Source: Paramoeba atlantica
Taxonomy: Eukaryota; Protista; Discosea
DNA: 5,104 bases
Assembly: GCA_977017575.1 (NCBI GenBank)
Contig: CDRNVI010000236.1
Coordinates: 1-5,104, forward strand
Direction: 5' to 3'
Of the stretch, positions 1-5,104 are shown piece by piece. The first letter of the stretch is position 1, and every line of letters starts with the position of its first letter. A program made the position numbers and the translations under genes. The notes below the pieces were generated by a model. It was given only the letters and a program-made list of their open reading frames with translations, was not told where the DNA came from and did not search any database.

Positions 1-425
1 GTTGGTGTCTATAGTTTAGTGGTAAATTTAACTATGTCCAATCTCAAGAAGGTGAGTTCAAATTCCAATTTTTCAATATTATAGAAAATTTTTCTAGTAC
101 TGTAGAGTAATTTGATTGGAGTGAGGAGCTTTTGAAAAAGTGTGAAAATCAAAACAAGTTATATTTCAGCCCTGTTTGCTAAAAAGTTGAGGATAAATTC
201 CTTTGGAAAGAGCTTTGGATTATTTTTCCTTCTGATATGCATCCTCTAACCTGAACTTGCAGAAGTTCTAAAGTTTAACATAAAGACTGATTGAACTAAG
301 CTGAAGTTTAAAACTTCATCTCTTGTTAGAGGTTAAAAAAAACAAATATAATTTAATATAATTCAAATGACTTAAATTAAGAACTATTAATTAAATAAAA
401 TTTATTTCAAAAAAACAAAAAAAAA
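1..425 (+). mobile_element. tRNA-derived SINE-like element, copy A (heavily C>T/G>A mutated; 5' end may extend beyond the window)
   Basis: tRNA-like head with A box TAGTTTAGTGG (12-22) and B box AGTTCAAATTC (55-65), ~330-bp non-coding body, AATAAA at 394-399, A-rich tail at 409-425. A second copy lies inverted at 984-1405. Confidence 0.75.
12..65 (+). promoter_or_regulatory. Pol III type-2 internal promoter (A box and B box) in the tRNA-like head of copy A
   Basis: TAGTTTAGTGG matches TRGYNNARNGG. AGTTCAAATTC resembles GGTTCRANNCC. The 43-nt start-to-start spacing is tRNA-like. Confidence 0.6.
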
Positions 426-618
426 TTTCCTCAAATTATTCTATTTGATCCTGGGGTGCAGTCAATCTGAATTACCAAGTCAAAGTATTGTATGTTGTGG
501 GTTGGATTTAATTCTACATACAATTGGGCAGTTTTGGTTGTTATTTGACATTCCAAGCAACAGTTATAATATAAGTATATATTTGTTTAAAATAGAATGA
601 ATTTTAAATAACAATTGT

Positions 619-937
619 AGTATGATGGCTTAGTTGGTAAAACAGCTATTGCTTCAATTTGAGGTTGTAGGTTCAAATCCCAAAGAGGAAAATATTAAAA
701 ATATTATTTTCTCTTCTTACTCACTTGAATGTGAAAAACAGAACAGATTATTCTCTGCTTTGTTTGCTAAAAAGCAGAAAATAAATTTCCTAAAAAAGAG
801 TTTAAGTGAATTAAAGATCTTTAGACCATTTAAACCTAAAGAGGTGAAACTCTATCCTTGTTATCTTTAACCTTAAAAAATTAGTGACTTTGGGTTAAGC
901 TATTATTTAATAAAATCCAGTGTTAAAAAGAAAAAAA
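619..937 (+). mobile_element. Second, diverged tRNA-derived SINE-like element (element C)
   Basis: A box TGGCTTAGTTGG (626-637), B box GGTTCAAATCC (670-680), a core at 730-791 matching 49/63 columns to copy B, AATAAA at 909-914, tail AAAAAGAAAAAAA at 925-937. Confidence 0.65.
626..680 (+). promoter_or_regulatory. Pol III A box and B box in the tRNA-like head of element C
   Basis: TGGCTTAGTTGG and GGTTCAAATCC start 44 nt apart. The intervening AATTTGAGGTTGTA resembles the 3' anticodon-stem and variable-loop region of tRNAs after C>T/G>A decay. Confidence 0.65.
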
Positions 938-958
938 TACTCCACTCCTCTAAAACTT

Positions 959-983
959 GGTTACCCTCAATTGGAGGGAAACC
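959..983. repeat. Short imperfect hairpin between the tails of elements C and B
   Basis: GGTTACCCTC-AATTG-GAGGGAAACC: 10-bp stem with 1 mismatch and a 5-nt loop. Confidence 0.6.
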
Positions 984-1405
984 TTTTTTTTTTTCTTTTT
1001 GAGGCAGACTTTATTCAATTAGTAGTTCTTAATCTAAGCCATTTGAATTACATTAAATTATGTTTGTTTTTAACCTCTAACGAGAGGTGAAGCTTTAAAC
1101 TTCAGCTTAGTTCAGTCGGTCTTTATGCTGAACTTTAGAACTTCTGCAAGTTCAGGCTGGAGGATGCACATCAGAAGGGAGAATAATCCAAAGCTCCTTC
1201 CAAGGGAATTTATCCTCAACTTTTTAGCAGACAGGGCTGAGATGTAACCTGTTCCGATTTTCACACTTCTTCAAGAGCTCCTCACTCCAATCAAATCACT
1301 CTACAGCACCAGAAAAATTTTCTATAATATCGAAAAACTGGGATTTGAACTCGCCCCCCCGGGGTTGGACATAGTCGAATTTATGACTAAACTACGGGCG
1401 CCAAC
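984..1405 (-). mobile_element. tRNA-derived SINE-like element, copy B (GC- and CpG-retaining, apparently younger than A)
   Basis: The reverse complement aligns to 1-425 with one 3-nt indel in the A run at ~335-342 and small differences in the tail. B box AGTTCAAATCC at 1351-1341, AATAAA at 1015-1010, tail A5-G-A11 at 1000-984, 9 CpGs retained. Confidence 0.8.
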
Positions 1406-2270
1406 CCTAGTTCCACCTACAATCATCGCATGGTCCTTAAAGCCTGAAGGGATCGCATTAACAAAAATTCTTTCACTAGGAGCATTCAAGGGAATAAAGA
1501 CATGATCGATACATTGTCCTTGGAAATGGGTTGGTTCTGACCACCCCAGTTGATAAATTCCAAGATTCAGAGGATTCTGTGAGCTCTTTAAAAGGGGGTT
1601 TGTTAAGATCCCAGTTGAAGTCACCTCCCAGAACGTTCAGTCCATCTTTGGAGAAGAACTTTCTGATTTGGTCTTGCATAAAGGGAAGTTTCAGATCGCA
1701 ATGACAGTAGACATTCATCACAGCATATTCAATATTGAAAATCTTGGTTCTCAGTCCAAACAAACCACTCTCAGAGCTTTCAATTGGGTATGGTTCTATA
1801 TCATGAAGGCCTTCCATTCTTCTGACTCCAATGGCAAGGCCTTGCTTCTGTTCTGAGAAGGGGTCTTTGAACCACAGATATTTCCTCAAACAATTCTTGA
1901 GATGATTGAGATCTTTTTCAGATGCAACATGGGTTTCTTGAAGCAAAATAAACAGAGGATGGCAACTTGCAGCCATTCTATGGCAAAGGTTGAGTTTTTC
2001 ATCATTGTGAACACCATTAATGTTCCATGATAAAATCCTCATGTCTGGGAATTTGTTATACTGATACAGGTTTGGAAGCAGCGGCGCAGGGAAGGGAGGA
2101 AGGAAAGAAGATGAAGGGGGTTGGGACACCAAGACAGGTGCTTGAAGGGTTGGGGAGGCAAGGTTTGTTTTTTGACAAAGATCAATAATGGAAGAGTTAG
2201 AGGAAGCACAAGGGTCCTTCAGTGGTGGAAAGAAAGATTTTAAATTGTTGTTGTTTTTCTTTCCTTTCAT
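1406..2270 (-). pseudogene. Apurinic/apyrimidinic (APE/EEP-fold) endonuclease domain of LINE ORF2, frameshifted and truncated before RT
   Basis: MRILSWNING from 2042, LLQETH ~1940 and VLGGDFN ~1620 are in ORF 1476-2270. THFQGQCIDHVF (IDH 1510-1502) and KDHAMIVG (1438-1415) are in ORF 1322-1624, implying one frameshift at about 1545-1600. These match the conserved motifs of LINE APE endonucleases. Confidence 0.92.
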
Positions 2271-2278
2271 TCTTTCCT

Positions 2279-2878
2279 TTATGAGGGGGGGGAAGATGAG
2301 GAGGATGAAACATTGCTTGACTCAGGGAATCGAGCACTATCCATCATCAACACTGTCTCACCCCATTCTATTTGATGCAAATCTCCAAGAACCACAAAAC
2401 CGTTTGAGGCAGGGATCTCCGAAAAAGGATAAATTGTTTTTTCCTTCCTGGGGACACCAGTGGGGACACTCTTATCATGGTCATTTTCCTTTGTTTTTTC
2501 CTCTTCATCTTTCTCTTCTTCTATCTCCTCTTTTCCTTTTTCCTCTTCCCTACTTTTCTTTTTCTTCTTCTTCGCTGGCTTCTTGGTTACAAGTAATGGT
2601 TTGGTCCCAGTAGGAGTTGGTTCCTTCTCCTCAACTGTCTCTTCTGACACCACCCTCTTCCTCAGTCTGGATTTCAGCTTTAATTTCAGTTTCTCAACCA
2701 CCCTATCAATAATGTGGCCAAGGAAGTCTACATCAAAACTTGATTCCCATTTAAGCTGTCCTTTTTCTAACTCTCTCTTCAACTTCCCAAGGCTATCTTC
2801 AATCCTCTCCCACTCACACTGGAAATTTGCCCCATCTAATATTTTCCAAGCCCCTTCAGTGTTGTGGATAGTCATCAA
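2279..2878 (-). pseudogene. Charged, coiled-coil-like K/E-rich segment of the LINE: in-frame continuation of ORF1 or a separate ORF
   Basis: Begins in frame immediately after the TGA at 2881-2879 (AAA TGA TTG ATG). Contains heptad-like ERIEDSLGKLKRELEK and KKPAKKKKKKSREEEKGKEEIEEEKDEEEK. Ends just after a C8 run. Confidence 0.5.
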
Positions 2879-4349
2879 TCATTTGCTTCTAGAAATTGGA
2901 TCAGATGAGAATTGAGGTCTGCTCACATCTGGGGAAATCTCGTCCTCATCCTCAATTAAAATAATCCCCCTCTCAGTGTCAGTTTCAGCAACAATATCTT
3001 CAAGGAAATCCCTTTGAGGGATTGTTGGGGTTTCTGACACACTGCCCAAGTGAGATGATGTGGCTGGAGTTTGGGAGAGTGATTCCTTACAAGGTTTAGT
3101 AGTCTTGAGCAAAGATTTGGGTTGGTTACTTCTTGAAGGGGCTGATTTTTCCTTGGAGAAACCTTCTTGAAGAGCAGTTTCCCTCACATTTGTGCTTTGA
3201 TCAACCTCCATTGGGGTTGTAGATGAGGGACAAGGGTCAGCAGACTTCATTGGGGGTGGTGCCCTCTGATTGGGATTTGGTAATATGGGAAATTGGGACA
3301 GAGAGAGATTCGTACCTTGGTTCCCTTGATTAGTCAAGGACTCTGTAGAAATAATAAATCTTTTATGTGACTGTTCCCTCAATTTCGTGATTGTCACAGG
3401 AAAGGAATGGAATTTCCTCTGAGAGTCTGTCTCATTATTTAACTTTTTGATGATTCCTCCCTCTCCCTCCTTGTCCACAATCTTCTTTGCACATTTTAAA
3501 TGCCTTGAGTGTGAAATCTCGCACACTTGACAATTTACTTTCTCATGAAAGGGACTCATAGGGGTCCACAGAGAGATCTTACCTTGGAACTCATTGTTAA
3601 TAATAAAAGAACCTCTGTGCTTGGCAATAATACATATCAGAATGAGAGGAATTACATCATAGAAGATGACAATACAATCATCACTGATCTGAGCCACCTC
3701 TCTTAATCCATGGCAAGGAAGAGCAGATTCACCAATAAACAATCTTTGGATCCACTCTTCCCCTTTGATTAAAAAGGGGACATGGAGTTTAAAGCCCCAT
3801 AAATTCCAATCTTAGTTGTTCTTCCAGACAAAGGGCTTCTCAAAACCAGTTGTGAGGAAGGAACCATTTTCCAGAATGACTTTCTCCAAGGGTTCACATG
3901 TTTCTTCATCGAAGGTGGCCACATTGAGATGGCCTTTCATAACACACAAGAGGAAGTTCCCTCTCAGCTTAAGGACTTTGTTGAGTGTGGCCATTGCTCT
4001 CTGATAGTTTGGCATTCCTTCATAAAAACAAAAGGAACCCATTACAAAGATGGGGCGGATTATTGTGTTGTTCTTCACAGGGTTAACCTCAGTTCCAATA
4101 TGGGACAAGGTCTTCAGTATTTCTTTTTTGACTCGCAACCACCATCCTTCCTCAGGCGCTCTCTTCAAGGTCAATTTGATTGGAATTTCTTCAGAATTCC
4201 CACTTGGGTTTGCGTTTTTTTGTTCATTCTTTAAATACAAGAGGGAGTGAGACCCATTCTGGGAGCCCTTAGGGGAAGAGGATGTACTCTTTCCACTGGA
4301 TATAACAGATTTCTCTGAAGTGCTCAACTAGGCAGGGTTTCACCAACAT
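2879..4349 (-). pseudogene. LINE ORF1 (gag-like nucleic-acid-binding protein), disrupted
   Basis: Track ORFs 3812-4327 and 2879-3742 are in one frame, split by a single TAA at 3814-3812 (..VWKNN*DWNLWGFKLHVPF..). CQVCEISHSRHLKC lies at 3532-3491. The probable start is gccATG at 4349 in an adjacent frame with stops at 4271 and 4226 and an inferred shift at the A7 run (4221-4215). Confidence 0.65.
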
Positions 4350-4407
4350 GGCGGGTGAAGGAAAGAAAATCAGATTGGGCAAGAAAAGTTTCCTTGAACC
4401 AACCTAA
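4350..4407 (-). other. Putative 58-nt 5' UTR of the LINE
   Basis: Pyrimidine-rich stretch between the A22 tract and a Kozak-like CCGCCATG at 4354-4347. Confidence 0.45.
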
Positions 4408-4429
4408 TTTTTTTTTTTTTTTTTTTTTT
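4408..4429 (-). repeat. A22 poly(A) tail of the upstream LINE fragment
   Basis: 22 consecutive T on the + strand. The first two A on the - strand belong to the TAA stop (4430-4428) of the ORF2 remnant. Confidence 0.85.
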
Positions 4430-5102
4430 AAAAAAATTTGTTCTTCTTTAAGACTTTATGAAAGATATCAATAGCATACTCAGCAGATTGAGATCCTTCA
4501 GCACACACAGTTATCCATAGTGCAAGTAAGGCAGCACTTACTATTGAAGTGAAGAGGTTTGAGTAGTATTGAGCAGTAAGTCCACATACAAAAGAAAAGG
4601 ATTCCCAAGATGGAAGTTTCAACTTGATGCAGTTATATTCCATCTTCTCAAGATAACTTTTTGCATAAATACAGGTTTCAAAGAGGTGGGTTCAAGATTT
4701 TTTTTCTTTCTTACATAATCAATAGATAGGAGGTTCCAAAGTAAAGTGGGAAATCTTATCCATTGTAGGGAGACCACAAATCAAGAATTTGGTAAGATTT
4801 CATTGGAGTTGAGGTTTAAAAGTATGAACTAAGTTGTAAACAATGCATTTGATCTTTCCACCCTCTTGATAGATATCTTCAAGCACAATAGGTATTTGAC
4901 AAGAAAGAAAACAAGAGTTTGTTTTGGTTGGACCTTCCAGAATCACTTTTTTAGAGATTTTTAAAACAGCAAAGTAAGCATTAAGTCTCATAGCTCCAAT
5001 GGTCAAGAAATTCTTGTATTCATGACTTAGAGGTTTACAAGAGATAAGAAGAGCCCAATTGAAAAGAATGAAGTGGTGAACCTGACATAGTCAAAATGGT
5101 GG
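4428..5102 (-). pseudogene. C-terminus of LINE ORF2 with decayed CCHC zinc finger (zf-RVT-like)
   Basis: One unshifted frame joins track ORFs 4800-5006 and 4428-4643, with four internal TGA (5093, 4802, 4721, 4694). It reads KFLICGLPTMDKISHFTLEPPIY*LCKKEKKS*THLFETC, matching the LPT...CxxC..E...HLF..C pattern if TAT TGA derives from TGT CGA. Confidence 0.8.
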
Positions 5103-5104
5103 TT

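Larger units (their letters stand above)
1..1405. repeat. Long imperfect inverted repeat: arms ~1-437 and ~970-1405, spacer ~530 bp, tail-to-tail
   Basis: Hand alignment of 1-408 to the reverse complement of 1405-1001 gives 54 substitutions and one 3-nt indel in ~405 columns (~87% identity). Confidence 0.97.
1406..4407 (-). mobile_element. 5' half of a non-LTR retrotransposon (APE-type LINE, L1/Tx1-like by motifs), lacking RT
   Basis: Short 5' UTR, gag-like ORF with a CCHC-like knuckle, low-complexity linker, then APE endonuclease motifs (ILSWNING, LQETH, GGDFN, IDH, KDH). The element ends at the SINE B head. Confidence 0.88.
4408..5104 (-). mobile_element. 3' end of an older LINE (continues beyond the window)
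   Basis: ORF2 C-terminal zinc-finger remnant followed directly by poly(A). I found no CpG in 4430-5104. Confidence 0.8.

Noticed and set aside
1-75. Functional tRNA genes at 1-75, 619-692 and 1335-1405
   Set aside because: A and B boxes are present, but I could not fold convincing acceptor and anticodon stems or assign an anticodon. Each head is followed by a shared body and an A tail. tRNAscan-SE would settle this.
1-408. Classical CpA-specific RIP
   Set aside because: Only 11 of 52 transitions are in CpA/TpG context and the partner copy is almost untouched.
545-570. Perfect TTGACA (545-550) and TATAAT (565-570) sigma70-like hexamers
   Set aside because: The spacer is 14 nt rather than 16-18, the region is very AT-rich, and the context is eukaryotic retroelement DNA.
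438-618. Unassigned spacer between elements A and C
   Set aside because: AT-rich and CpG-free, with no ORF, repeat or motif that I can support.
634-870. 78-aa ORF
   Set aside because: It has a non-ATG start inside the A box of element C and lies wholly within a SINE-like repeat.
1-1405. DNA transposon or foldback element with long terminal inverted repeats
   Set aside because: The arms have tRNA heads and inward-facing A tails, there is no transposase, and the left flank needed to test for a TSD is outside the window.
1322-1624. Independent 100-aa gene
   Set aside because: It is the frameshifted C-terminal part of the endonuclease reading on into the SINE head.
2188-2915. + strand ORFs 2188-2613 and 2460-2915 (Phe/Ser/Leu-rich, membrane-like)
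   Set aside because: They are antisense shadows of the purine-rich K/E-coding LINE segment and have no independent motif.
3816-4250. + strand ORFs 3816-4004, 3929-4234 and 4050-4250, also 1668-1856
   Set aside because: Short, mutually overlapping and antisense to motif-bearing LINE frames.
4399-4407. Telomere-like TTAGG at the LINE 5' end, and similar TAGGGTTGG at the EN/SINE junction
   Set aside because: These are single units, too short to distinguish from chance.

Overview
Eukaryotic repeat-derived DNA, host not identifiable, made almost entirely of nested non-LTR retroelements. No intact host gene is present. Left (1-1405): three tRNA-headed, A-tailed SINE-like elements. Copy A (1-425, +) and copy B (984-1405, -) are the same family and form a ~430-bp inverted repeat. 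By my hand alignment A differs from B by 52 one-directional C>T/G>A transitions in all dinucleotide contexts, against only 2 other substitutions. Element C (619-937, +) has a different tRNA head but shares a ~63-bp core and a similar 3' end. Middle (1406-4407, -): the 5' half of a decayed APE-type LINE, comprising a 58-nt 5' UTR, a gag-like ORF1 with a CCHC-like knuckle, a charged coiled-coil segment and a complete APE endonuclease domain. It lacks reverse transcriptase and is joined to the head of SINE B just after the last catalytic motif. Right (4408-5104, -): the 3' end of an older LINE ORF2 with a decayed C-terminal zinc finger. Its stop codon runs into an A22 tail, and the middle element begins directly after that tail. 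All counts are by hand and family assignments rest on motifs only.
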